From the sequence record SRR20825019_12: 50,973 bases of DNA, one strand, 5' to 3'. Shown one piece after another: positions 1-8,875 of this stretch. The position numbers were made by a program, and so were the translations under genes. The stretch's first letter is position 1, and each line of letters begins with the position of its first letter. The notes beneath the pieces were generated by a model that saw only the letters and a list, made by a program, of their open reading frames with translations, was not told the DNA's origin and did no database searches.

Positions 1-1041
1 GGAACCTTTTTTGGGTTTATCAGCAGTTCTTGTAGTTTTTCTGCGCTCGCCACCTCCAAATCATTGTTTAAAAAGGGAGCAAGCTTTGTTTCTTCCATTG
101 CGTTTTTACTGGCATCCACCAATTTGGTCATCGAACTGGGAATTATCATATCCATCTTTTTGGGGTGGCAGTTCGTAGTCGGTGAATATGTCGGCGGGAT
201 ATTGTTGATCTTGTGCAGTTGGCTCCTGATACGCATCATCAATCCAAAAAAAATGATCGAGAACGCGCGAAAACGACTCGATGAATCCAGTGAAGACCAT
301 GCGGATAAAAAATCCTTGTCTGAAAAAATCAAATCACATGAAAATTGGGCCAAAGTGGGCAAACAATATGGCATGGAGTGGAAAATGGTCTGGAAAGATG
401 TCACCGTAGGTTTCACCATCGCAGGAATTGTTGCCGCTTTTGTTCCCGATTCCTTTTTTCAAACACTTTTTATCAATACAGGCCAGGGTCAACAATCCTT
501 TGGTTTTTTCACACTATTGGAACATGTAATCGTTGGTCCCGTTGCTGCGTTTTTAACGTTTATCGGGTCCATGGGAAATATCCCGCTCGCCGCGCTGCTG
601 TATGGCAAAGGGGTTAGTTTTGCAGGTGTCATGGCCTTTATTTTTAGCGATTTGGTCGTTTTTCCTGTATTGCGTATCAATGCAAAATATTACGGATGGA
701 AAATGTCGCTCTTTATCCTGTTCCTACTGTTTACGTCCTTGATTGCCGCGTCCCTGATACTACACTATGGCTTTGATATTTTCAATTTGATTCCACAAGG
801 CAAGGATAAAAGTATTACGGATCAACAACACTTTGCTATTGATTATACTTTTTTCTTGAATTTGGCCTTTGTGGTGCTGTCTGGATTGATGGTCTACTTT
901 GGCTTCTTTAAATGGAAAAGTGTGAAACACCATAAGGAAATGGCGCCAAAAAGTCCGTTGATGGAAAAAACATTGAAATGGATAGCGATGGTTTGCTATG
1001 TATGGTTGGCCGTTGGGATTGTTTTGAAGTTTACCGTTTAA
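1..1041 (+). CDS. Permease, ArsP/DUF318-like family (5' truncated by window edge)
   Basis: Frame is open from base 1 (GTFFGFISSSCSFSALATSKSLFKKGAS...). Multiple hydrophobic helices; ASTNLVIELG and FIGSMGNIPLA motifs typical of DUF318-type permeases. Confidence 0.75.
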   Translation, partial: GTFFGFISSSCSFSALATSKSLFKKGASFVSSIAFLLASTNLVIELGIIISIFLGWQFVVGEYVGGILLILCSWLLIRIINPKKMIENARKRLDESSEDHADKKSLSEKIKSHENWAKVGKQYGMEWKMVWKDVTVGFTIAGIVAAFVPDSFFQTLFINTGQGQQSFGFFTLLEHVIVGPVAAFLTFIGSMGNIPLAALLYGKGVSFAGVMAFIFSDLVVFPVLRINAKYYGWKMSLFILFLLFTSLIAASLILHYGFDIFNLIPQGKDKSITDQQHFAIDYTFFLNLAFVVLSGLMVYFGFFKWKSVKHHKEMAPKSPLMEKTLKWIAMVCYVWLAVGIVLKFTV

Positions 1042-1096
1042 TGTCGGAAAGAAACCATCTTCTTATCTTTATCAACCAAAGACAAAATTCAACCTC

Positions 1097-1552
1097 ATGA
1101 AACCAACCCGACCTATCATCTTATTTGCTCTGATGCTGATTTTATCTTCTTGCGCATTAAAGCCAATTTCCAGTGAACACGCCCTATTGAGAATGGAGAA
1201 AGAGGATATTTCTTCGGAAAGCTTGGGCAAAGGAAAAGTTTTGATTTACAATGATGCAAATATTCTTCACACGGGTGACAACACCGCTAGACTCAACATC
1301 GTACTAGATGATAAAAATCTAGGGCAATTAAAAGCCAAGGACTTTGTCATCGTAAAACTCGAAAATGGCAATCATGTTTTTAATATCAGGCATCTTGACG
1401 TGGTAAATATGCGGAGTACTCATAAAGTTGTTATAACAGACACGGTAAAAATAATAAGGGTGAAACCTACGATCACTTCAAACAAACTTGAAATAACCAA
1501 CGAATTTCCAAATAATTGGGATAAGTATGGTTTTATGTCAACCAACAACTAA
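1097..1552 (+). CDS. Hypothetical lipoprotein (DUF2846-like beta-rich domain possible)
   Basis: 151 aa; signal peptide ending LSSC lipobox; beta-rich pattern. Confidence 0.6.
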   Translation: MKPTRPIILFALMLILSSCALKPISSEHALLRMEKEDISSESLGKGKVLIYNDANILHTGDNTARLNIVLDDKNLGQLKAKDFVIVKLENGNHVFNIRHLDVVNMRSTHKVVITDTVKIIRVKPTITSNKLEITNEFPNNWDKYGFMSTNN

Positions 1553-1575
1553 TACGAACAGTTCCAAAACCAAAA

Positions 1576-1736
1576 TGGATTCCGCACCTGGTGCTCAATG
1601 AGAAAAAGCAATGTTAGGGTCATTTAGATAAGGAGAACGAAACGATGATTGAGAAATCTAGACTTCTCACACTCCCTCCTGTCGGTTCTAAATGACAAAA
1701 AAGACCTGCCTCATGGATTCCCGCCTTCGCGGGAAT
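1576..1736. repeat. Cluster of REP-like palindromic elements
   Basis: GTCATTTAGA(1619-1628)...GAGAAATCT...TCTAAATGAC(1687-1696) hairpin; ATTCCC-N8-GGGAAT at 1717-1736; degenerate TGGATTCCGCA..AATGA at ~1576-1602. Confidence 0.7.
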
Positions 1737-1742
1737 AAAAAA

Positions 1743-1785
1743 CAGCCGGCATCAAATGGTTGAACCCCACTTGAGCGGCCGACTG
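1743..1785 (-). terminator. 3' stem-loop downstream of cytolysin-like gene
   Basis: On the minus strand CAGTCGGC...GCCGGCTG and inner TCAAGTGG...CCATTTGA pair, with G-U pairs only on this strand; followed by a T run. Confidence 0.6.
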
Positions 1786-1795
1786 TCAGCACTAT

Positions 1796-3394
1796 TTAAT
1801 TACAGCTAATTGGTGATAGTGTAATCTGAAGAATAAAATTATTGGTGACTTCAAAACATTTTTGACTGCTCAGATATCCGTAAGACCGTGGACTGCCCAA
1901 TGCTCTCCAAACAAAAGCATCCTGAAACTGGAATTCCACTTCCACATCGTGCGCTCCGTCAGGTGGGCTTTTTACGGAACGTTGTCCATTGTTTACCGTA
2001 TGGTAGCCGCCAATAACCGTATTGTTTGTACCAGCGGTCTTATAAACAAACCTGTAACGAACATCAAAAATTGAATTGTTGTCTACATCGACACTGGCAT
2101 GGTCATACCTAAATGTTTGGCAACTTTCCACCCGATAATCTGTGGTGTACCCCATTTTGGCCAACGTATTGTCCTTTAAGTATCGGATAGTATAGGCAAT
2201 GGGCACTCCTGGATTTTCTCTACTATACACTGCATTCTCTCCTGTAATTACACTGTTCAAGGAACCATAGCCCGATTCAATATCCGCTAAATTGATGGCT
2301 TCGGAGGCTGCTTCCGCATTTCCGCCAATGGTAACCACTGTTATGTTGGACGTTTTCAAGATTTCATCGTAGTCAGAGTTCACCGTTCCTACACCGCTCA
2401 CACCACCGGCATATTCCAACACTGCATCCAACTCAATGGACGTATTGGTATTGGTAGTTTCCATACGCACCATAATGATACGCCCGTACGAAACGGAACT
2501 TACATAGGCTGGAGGCGTATCGGAATCCATGGCAGAAGCAACATCGGCTTGGGTTACCGAGTTGTCAAAAACACTGCCCGGAGAGCTTGGGGTGTCCATA
2601 GTTACAGTATAGAAAACTTGTTTAAACACTACCCCGGCGTATCGCTTCTCCGTTGAGCTTTCATAATCAAATTGGGAAGCCAATGATCCCGTGGCCCATT
2701 CCACATTCAGGCCAACATCCAAACTAAATTGTTTGGAAGAGTATGAAGTAGATGCTTGATAGGAAGAATTGGAAGCGTTCACATAACCCTCTTGGTACGC
2801 ATTGGCGTTCCACCACTCCAAGGCATCATCAATACTTGACTGTACCGATGAGTTTGTGGGATTATCCACCACAATATTCCCTTGTGATCCAATACCGGGT
2901 AGATCCAGCCGTAGAGTAACTGGTGCCCGACCTAATGTCAAAGGATCTGGAGCGCCATCCAACATGCCTTGGTTTCCAACGACCAAAGCTCCAGGGAATA
3001 CAATGCCATTGGTCGGACGCAAAATGGCCACATCATCAAAATTGGACTCCAAATTGTAGTCCTGTGTCCTACATTCAAAGCTCTCTCCCAAGGTAGGCCC
3101 CGTGTTTGTTGTATTATCATTGGTTACGGTACGTTCCGTGGCACCTCCTCCCGTATCCTGAACATTCAAAAGTTCATCGGAACTATACGATAGATTTTCA
3201 ACGTATGCATTGATGGCCTCGAGGTCATCATTTTCCTCACCGCCATTTTCACCACCGTTTTCGCCGCCGTTTTCACCCCCATTGTCAATAGGAGGGTCTG
3301 TACCTTCATCCTTGCTGCACGAAACAGCAATGCATAATGCCATGGACCATATCAACAGTGTCCATAAGCTGATTTTTTTAAGAATTGATTTCAT
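1796..3394 (-). CDS. Thiol-activated (cholesterol-dependent) cytolysin-like (CDCL) lipoprotein
   Basis: IVFPGALV, FKQVFYTV and PAYVSSVSYGR motifs of the CDC pore-forming core; GVPIAYT; lipobox AVSC followed by SKDE; no canonical ECTGLAWEWWR undecapeptide. Confidence 0.88.
   Translation of the reverse strand: MKSILKKISLWTLLIWSMALCIAVSCSKDEGTDPPIDNGGENGGENGGENGGEENDDLEAINAYVENLSYSSDELLNVQDTGGGATERTVTNDNTTNTGPTLGESFECRTQDYNLESNFDDVAILRPTNGIVFPGALVVGNQGMLDGAPDPLTLGRAPVTLRLDLPGIGSQGNIVVDNPTNSSVQSSIDDALEWWNANAYQEGYVNASNSSYQASTSYSSKQFSLDVGLNVEWATGSLASQFDYESSTEKRYAGVVFKQVFYTVTMDTPSSPGSVFDNSVTQADVASAMDSDTPPAYVSSVSYGRIIMVRMETTNTNTSIELDAVLEYAGGVSGVGTVNSDYDEILKTSNITVVTIGGNAEAASEAINLADIESGYGSLNSVITGENAVYSRENPGVPIAYTIRYLKDNTLAKMGYTTDYRVESCQTFRYDHASVDVDNNSIFDVRYRFVYKTAGTNNTVIGGYHTVNNGQRSVKSPPDGAHDVEVEFQFQDAFVWRALGSPRSYGYLSSQKCFEVTNNFILQITLSPISCN
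3236..3283 (-). repeat. Coding tandem repeat (NGGE)x4 linker in CDCL
   Basis: Translated DNGGENGGENGGENGGEEN; 12-bp units with synonymous variation. Confidence 0.8.
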
Positions 3395-3458
3395 AACTAT
3401 TTGGTTTTATGGGTTCAACGCTGTCGAAATTAGACCTCAAACCGCCACCAACCTATTT

Positions 3459-3653
3459 ATGGACATGGACAAAGTATGGACAACCAAGGAAACAAAGTGA
3501 GTTGGAGAGCATGGACAGTAATAGTACCGAAGATTTTCAAATAGAATACAATCAATTGATTTTTAAGCAATTAATTGTATTTCATATTTGTACGATTTAT
3601 TCTATACCATGGACAATGAATGGACAAAATGGTCCTGACACTGCAATTGGACA
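3459..3653. promoter_or_regulatory. TGGACA direct-repeat operator array between divergent CDCL and TPR-LuxR genes
   Basis: ATGGACA at 3459, 3465, 3476, 3511, 3609, 3620 and TTGGACA at 3647; two pairs spaced 11 bp. Confidence 0.65.
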
Positions 3654-3707
3654 GTTACAGCGCTCTGGATTATTTACTACTTTAGAAAGTATAAAAGCCA
3701 TAACCTC

Positions 3708-5609
3708 GTGAAACACAGTATCATTATTTTAAGTTTATTTTCCTGTTTTTGCCTATCCATCAACGCACAAGGCCGGGAAAAAGAATTGGATAGTTTGATC
3801 AATCATGCCGAGCAACTTCCAGAAAGCATTGAAAAAGCCCAAGTACTTTCCAGGATACACGAAAGGATGATGTTCTCGGACCCTGATCTGGCCCGGGACT
3901 ATGCCCAACAAGCATTTGACCTTTCAAAAAAACTGGACTACAAAAAAGGGGTTGGCAACGGGTATCTTCAATTCGGAAATTATTTTTCCAACCGTACAGA
4001 GAATGACTCTGCTACTTATTATTATAATCTCGCTTTGACCAAGTTCAAGGAAATAGAGTCCATCAGAGGGCAAATTTTCGCCAACCATTCCTTGGCCGGA
4101 ATTGAACGAGAAAAAGGAAACTACGATAAGGCCATTGAAATTACCCAAAGAAACATTGGTCTATATAATGATAAGAACCGGGATACTACAGATTTAAAGG
4201 AATTCAACTTGATCGGAGCAGAATATGAGGTTTTGGGGAGTGTCTACATGGACAAGGGCAATTATACCTTGGCACTAAATGAAACCTTGAATGCGCTACG
4301 TTTTTTTGAAGAGGTGGGAGACCAGGTACGAAAGGGCGATGCCCTATTGCAATTAGGACAGATTGAATACAAACTTGGAAATTTTGACGCATCCCTTACC
4401 TATGAAGAGGAGGCATTTGCCATTTATCGGGATGAAGGCGATAAGGTTTACCAATCCTACGCGGCAAACTATTCCGGGCTGGCCGCAGAAGCGCTCGGAA
4501 ATATGCAAAAAGCAGAGGAATACCAAAGAACTTCCATGGCCTTGGCAAAAGAAATGGGCGTAAAATCTGCACTGTCCACTGCCTTGCGGGATTTGGGTCG
4601 GATCTATGCTAAAAAAGGACAGTTAAATGATGCGAGGGCATTGCTCAAAGCGTCGTATCAGGAGGCTGAGGGCACTGGAATAAAATTGGACATGGCCTCC
4701 ACACTCAAAGAGTTGGCAAAAGTTGATTATAAAGCCAAAGAGTTTACTGAAGCGCTTAATAAAATGAACCGCGTAATTGAGATGGCCGAAGGTATTGGTG
4801 CGGCATCCATTCTAGGAGAATCTTACAAGGAACGTAGCGAGATCAATGAAAGCTTGGGCAAATACACCAATGCCATGACGGACCTAAAAACGTACCAAAT
4901 TATCAACGATAGTATTTTCAACAGTAAAAAGTCCCAACAAATCGAAGAACTAAAAACCATTTATGAAACCGAGAAAAAAGAAGCTGAAATTGCCCTGCAA
5001 GAAGAGGAAATCAACACCTTGAACGCAAAAGCCAAAGTGGACAAACTCACCAAAGGACTTTATGCCGGGGGCATGGCCTCTGCCCTGGCCCTCTCCGGAT
5101 TATTGGTATTCGGTTACCGACAAAGAATAAAGAAAAATAAAGTTGAACGCGAGAAGCAAGAGGAGATATACAAGCAGGAAATAGCCCACAAGAAAAAGGA
5201 ACTCACCAGTCAGACCCTGCATTTAGTGCAAAAGAACACCTTTATCCAAGAGTTGATGGAGAACTTGGAGAACATTAAAAATTCCCCGGAAAAGTTTAAA
5301 ATGGAGTTTAGGCGTATGGTAATGCTGCTCAAAAAAGAAAATGCCTCCGATAAGGATTGGGAAGTCTTCAAAACGTACTTTTCCGAGGTCCATAACGACT
5401 TTGACCAAAAACTCAAAACAATTTACCCCGACATCTCCGAAAAGGAAATCCGCTTGGCCGCCTTCCTGCGCATGAACCTGACTACTAAGGAAATAGCAGC
5501 AACTTTAAATGTACTTCCGGATAGCATCCTCAAGTCCAAGTACAGATTAAAAAAGAAGTTGGGATTGGAAAAGGATACCGATTTGTCCACTTTCCTAAAT
5601 ACGTTATAA
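3708..5609 (+). CDS. Membrane-anchored TPR-repeat sensor / LuxR-type HTH transcriptional regulator
   Basis: Signal peptide, TPR helices, TM segment (LYAGGMASALALSGLLVFGY), C-terminal ISEKEIRLAAFLRMNLTTKEIAATLNV...KYRLKKKL HTH; GTG start. Confidence 0.85.
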   Translation: MKHSIIILSLFSCFCLSINAQGREKELDSLINHAEQLPESIEKAQVLSRIHERMMFSDPDLARDYAQQAFDLSKKLDYKKGVGNGYLQFGNYFSNRTENDSATYYYNLALTKFKEIESIRGQIFANHSLAGIEREKGNYDKAIEITQRNIGLYNDKNRDTTDLKEFNLIGAEYEVLGSVYMDKGNYTLALNETLNALRFFEEVGDQVRKGDALLQLGQIEYKLGNFDASLTYEEEAFAIYRDEGDKVYQSYAANYSGLAAEALGNMQKAEEYQRTSMALAKEMGVKSALSTALRDLGRIYAKKGQLNDARALLKASYQEAEGTGIKLDMASTLKELAKVDYKAKEFTEALNKMNRVIEMAEGIGAASILGESYKERSEINESLGKYTNAMTDLKTYQIINDSIFNSKKSQQIEELKTIYETEKKEAEIALQEEEINTLNAKAKVDKLTKGLYAGGMASALALSGLLVFGYRQRIKKNKVEREKQEEIYKQEIAHKKKELTSQTLHLVQKNTFIQELMENLENIKNSPEKFKMEFRRMVMLLKKENASDKDWEVFKTYFSEVHNDFDQKLKTIYPDISEKEIRLAAFLRMNLTTKEIAATLNVLPDSILKSKYRLKKKLGLEKDTDLSTFLNTL

Positions 5610-5723
5610 AGTCATTTGTTCATTCTAGTTGTTGCTATCTAAAAGTACCTGCAAAACCATTGCACTGAGCTTTTGTTTTTCAAAGATATTTCAACGAACT
5701 TGGAAGCTAATAAAATCGACCAC

Positions 5724-7400
5724 TTGAAAACAACCAACTTTATCCTGCCCCTCCTCTTCTTATGTTTGATGAGCTGTCAAACCGAAAAGAAAGAGAACGC
5801 CACAGAAACCCCGACCAAAACCGAAAATTTCACTTCCAACGATTATCAAGATTTAGTAGCCTTATTTAAGGAATGGCGAACGTTCGAAAATCCTCCGATA
5901 TTGGACGGAGCTCCGGATTATACTGCCGAAACCTTCGAAAAGCGTTGGCCAACATTCAAAGAACTGCAATCCAAACTACAGGCCATCGACACCACCAATT
6001 GGTCCGTGGAAAACCAAGTGGATTGGATGATCGTTTGGGCCGAAATGAACGGCTACGACTTCAACCAGCGCGTTTTACAACCTTGGGTTCGCGATCCTGC
6101 TTTTTACAAAGTGGTCTGGACTGCCAAAAGCGATGTGCCCGCCCACGAAGGACCCACCAACCATGGCACCACGGAACTCTGGTCCTATAATTTTCCTTTA
6201 TCCACAGAGGAACGTTCCAGACTTCTGTCCGATTTAAAAGTGATTGCCCCTTTCTATACCCAAGCCAAGCAAAACTTGACAGGGAACGCTCGTGAGTTAT
6301 GGGTCACAGGAATCCGTGACATCAAAAACCAGAGCGAAGTGCTTACCGAGTTAAAAGAAAACGATGCCGTTACCAACGATACCGAATTGGTTGCCGTAAT
6401 CGACGAGGCCATTGCCTCCACCAACGACCTTGTTAGTTGGTTGGAGACCGAATCCGAGTCAAAAACCGGTCCATCGGGCATTGGCAAGGACAATTACACC
6501 TGGTATCTACAAAATGTACACTTGGTGCCGTTGACTTGGGAAGACGAAGTCATGATCCTAAAACGGGAACTCGCCCGTGCATGGACCTCCTTAAAATTGG
6601 TGGAACACAACAACAGGAACCTGCCGGAACTGGTGGATGCAGATTCTCCAGAGGCTTATGATAAAATGGCCGATGCATCCGCTAAAAGCCTGATGAACTT
6701 TTTGGAGCAACAGGACATTGTTACCGTAAAACCGTATTTCGACCCTGCCCTACGCGAGCATTTGGGCGAATTTGTCCCCAAGGCAAAACGGAATTTCTTC
6801 GCTATCGGGGAGCATTATGATGCCCGGCCCCTCTACTCCCATTTTTACCATTGGTTTGAGCTGGCGCGCATGGATTTGGAGCCCCATAAAAGTGAAATAC
6901 GGAAAGGTCCGTTATTGTACAATATTTGGGATTCCCGGAACGAAGGTACCGCCACGGCCGTGGAAGAAATGTTTATGCAGGCCGGTCTGTACAACGATAG
7001 CCCAAGAACCAAAGAAATCGTATACATAATGATCGCGCAGCGTGCGGCCAGAGGTTTGGGCTCATTGTACGCCCACGCCAACGAAATGACCATGGAAGAG
7101 GCCGGAGGCATCCACAGTGAATACACCCCGCGTGGTTGGATGAAGACCGAAAAGGAACTGCTCATTTTTGAGCAACACCTCTATTTGCGCCAACCGGGGT
7201 ATGGATCTAGCTATATTACCGGTAAATATTTATTGGAAGCCGCCTTGGCCGATTATGCCCGACAAAAAGAGCTACAGGGCGAGCCCTTTGCCCCAAAGGA
7301 CTTTTTTGATACGCTGAACAGCATTGGCAACATCCCGATTTCGTTGGGACATTGGCAAATGACGGGCTCCAAGGAGCATTTAAAGATAATTACAGAGTAA
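5724..7400 (+). CDS. DUF885-like lipoprotein (putative peptidase)
   Basis: TTG start giving lipobox [13 protein letters not shown] and [11 protein letters not shown] resemble DUF885 C-terminal motifs. Confidence 0.6.
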   Translation: MKTTNFILPLLFLCLMSCQTEKKENATETPTKTENFTSNDYQDLVALFKEWRTFENPPILDGAPDYTAETFEKRWPTFKELQSKLQAIDTTNWSVENQVDWMIVWAEMNGYDFNQRVLQPWVRDPAFYKVVWTAKSDVPAHEGPTNHGTTELWSYNFPLSTEERSRLLSDLKVIAPFYTQAKQNLTGNARELWVTGIRDIKNQSEVLTELKENDAVTNDTELVAVIDEAIASTNDLVSWLETESESKTGPSGIGKDNYTWYLQNVHLVPLTWEDEVMILKRELARAWTSLKLVEHNNRNLPELVDADSPEAYDKMADASAKSLMNFLEQQDIVTVKPYFDPALREHLGEFVPKAKRNFFAIGEHYDARPLYSHFYHWFELARMDLEPHKSEIRKGPLLYNIWDSRNEGTATAVEEMFMQAGLYNDSPRTKEIVYIMIAQRAARGLGSLYAHANEMTMEEAGGIHSEYTPRGWMKTEKELLIFEQHLYLRQPGYGSSYITGKYLLEAALADYARQKELQGEPFAPKDFFDTLNSIGNIPISLGHWQMTGSKEHLKIITE

Positions 7401-7423
7401 ACGCAGCATAAAACAAAAGGAAA

Positions 7424-7443
7424 GAGGGCCGTAAAAGGCCCTC
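7424..7443. terminator. Hairpin between convergent genes
   Basis: GAGGGCC-GTAAAA-GGCCCTC. Confidence 0.6.
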
Positions 7444-7449
7444 CCCCCT

Positions 7450-7491
7450 TAACCTTTCACCTTTTACCCTTCACCCTTTACCCATCACCCC
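7450..7491. repeat. Degenerate heptamer tandem repeat
   Basis: TAACCTT TCACCTT TTACCCT TCACCCT TTACCCA TCACCCC. Confidence 0.5.
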
Positions 7492-7762
7492 CCTCACCAA
7501 TAATCCACTCAATACACTCCCACAGCCCTTTTACGCTGAAGAGTGCATCCTTTTCTTCCTCATCAATAGGTTCGGTGGAGTGATACACGGCAATATCGTG
7601 CAGCAGTTTTAGGGATTGTACCAAATCGGGGCCATCCAAGGCATCGGCGTAGTCCAGCAATTGGATTTGTGCCGGGCTGAGCATTTGGGAAATTTTGGGA
7701 ACGCTTTGCGCATTGGCGCTACTGCAATATGGGCAGCTTTTTTGACCATCTTGTGTTGACAT
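7478..7762 (-). CDS. Small hypothetical protein (94 aa)
   Basis: ATG start preceded by an AT-rich leader; helical acidic C-half; lies downstream of a promoter-like TATATTTG. Confidence 0.55.
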   Translation of the reverse strand: MSTQDGQKSCPYCSSANAQSVPKISQMLSPAQIQLLDYADALDGPDLVQSLKLLHDIAVYHSTEPIDEEEKDALFSVKGLWECIEWIIGEGGDG

Positions 7763-7789
7763 AAGTAAGTAGGTTATTAATGAAACAAA

Positions 7790-7927
7790 AAGGGAAGGTC
7801 ACCGTCAACACATTCCAAGCAATGCTCAGATAGGTCTCGGGACTTACACCCGTATGCCTTCCCAGTTTTTTCTGTTTAAACCGATTTTGAAATTTTCGCA
7901 TTGCGAGATTATTAAAATGTGTTGACG
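7790..7927 (-). ncRNA. Putative structured leader/antisense RNA (C4/CI-like architecture)
   Basis: Closing stem GGGAAGG/CCTTCCC (7792-7798/7857-7863); hairpin CGGG-TGTAAGT-CCCG; internal AATGTGTTGACG complementary to both an upstream site and the start-codon site. Confidence 0.55.
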
Positions 7928-7930
7928 AAG

Positions 7931-7938
7931 CAAATATA
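7931..7938 (-). promoter_or_regulatory. Bacteroidota sigma70 -7 element
   Basis: TATATTTG on the minus strand matches TAnnTTTG, immediately before the RNA element. Confidence 0.55.
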
Positions 7939-8108
7939 CATTTTAAAATTATTGGTTAATAAATCTTGAAAAGTTTTGATTTTAACCTATTGGTTTTGAG
8001 GGAAATTTCGGTGAAATTAGAAAGCTAATAGTCGAAAGCAGCACTAATATTCCCATTTGGGGGTATAGAGATGTATTTTGTTTTTATATAAACGAGTTGC
8101 CATTAATT

Positions 8109-8768
8109 ATGGAAAAACCAGAAAATCCAAACAAAAAACTTGAATTAGTAATTAAAGATTCAGATTTGCCTTCACTTTCCAAAGATTTTGCCGAAGTAGC
8201 TATCGATGGAATAATGGATGAAGGAGTATTACAGGATTTACCATTAGTTGGAGGAATAGTTGGAGCCGTGAAATTTGGTAACTCAATCAACAAATACCTA
8301 TCTGCAAAAAAAATCTATAAATTTCTATTTGAACTTCATACAATTCCCCAGGAACAGAGGATAAAAAAGATTGACGAAATAAACAATTCTAGAAAATATC
8401 AAAGTAGTGTTGGAGAAATGATATTTGAACTTTTAGAGAAAATTGAGAGTGATGGAAAACCTGAAATACTCGGAAAATTATTCAAAGCGGTTATTGAGGA
8501 AAAAATAGATTATGAAACATATTTAAGACTTGCTCATATTGTCAAAAGATTATTCTATTATGATTTGGTTTGGCTAAAAAATAATTCTGAAGGTCTAAGA
8601 GTGAACGGAAGAATAAATGATGAATTATATACTAGCGGACTTATTACGCAGGATTTGGTTAACATCTACGAAAAAGCCAAGGAAATGAACAAAGACAGAA
8701 AACCGGATGTAAATGACCGAAGTTTGACTTATTTAGGAGATATGTTGATAAGTATCGGAATGAAATAA
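8109..8768 (+). CDS. Hypothetical protein (cassette-like, AT-rich)
   Basis: ATG 8109 directly after GTTGCCATTAATT; helical protein of ~219 aa; no confidently recognised family. Confidence 0.7.
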   Translation: MEKPENPNKKLELVIKDSDLPSLSKDFAEVAIDGIMDEGVLQDLPLVGGIVGAVKFGNSINKYLSAKKIYKFLFELHTIPQEQRIKKIDEINNSRKYQSSVGEMIFELLEKIESDGKPEILGKLFKAVIEEKIDYETYLRLAHIVKRLFYYDLVWLKNNSEGLRVNGRINDELYTSGLITQDLVNIYEKAKEMNKDRKPDVNDRSLTYLGDMLISIGMK

Positions 8769-8872
8769 CTACACACAACAATGCTATAAGTAATTGCTTG
8801 TCTTCTCCCCTAAACCAAATTCCCTACGTTTAAAAAACTAGACACGTATAGCCGAGGCCGCTACATACAATT
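8767..8872 (+). repeat. attC-like intergenic repeat copy A
   Basis: AACTACACACAAC-AATGCTATA...CCTAAACCAAATTCCCTA...TATAGCCGAGGCC-GCTACATACAATT. Confidence 0.65.
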
Positions 8873-8875
8873 ATT

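Noticed and set aside
3409-3711. 100-aa ORF in the divergent spacer
   Set aside because: Overlaps the operator repeats and promoter region; likely spurious.
8047-8066. Imperfect palindrome ATATTCCCATTTGGGGGTAT as attI or operator of the array
   Set aside because: Single, mismatched, and no cognate integrase or regulator adjacent.
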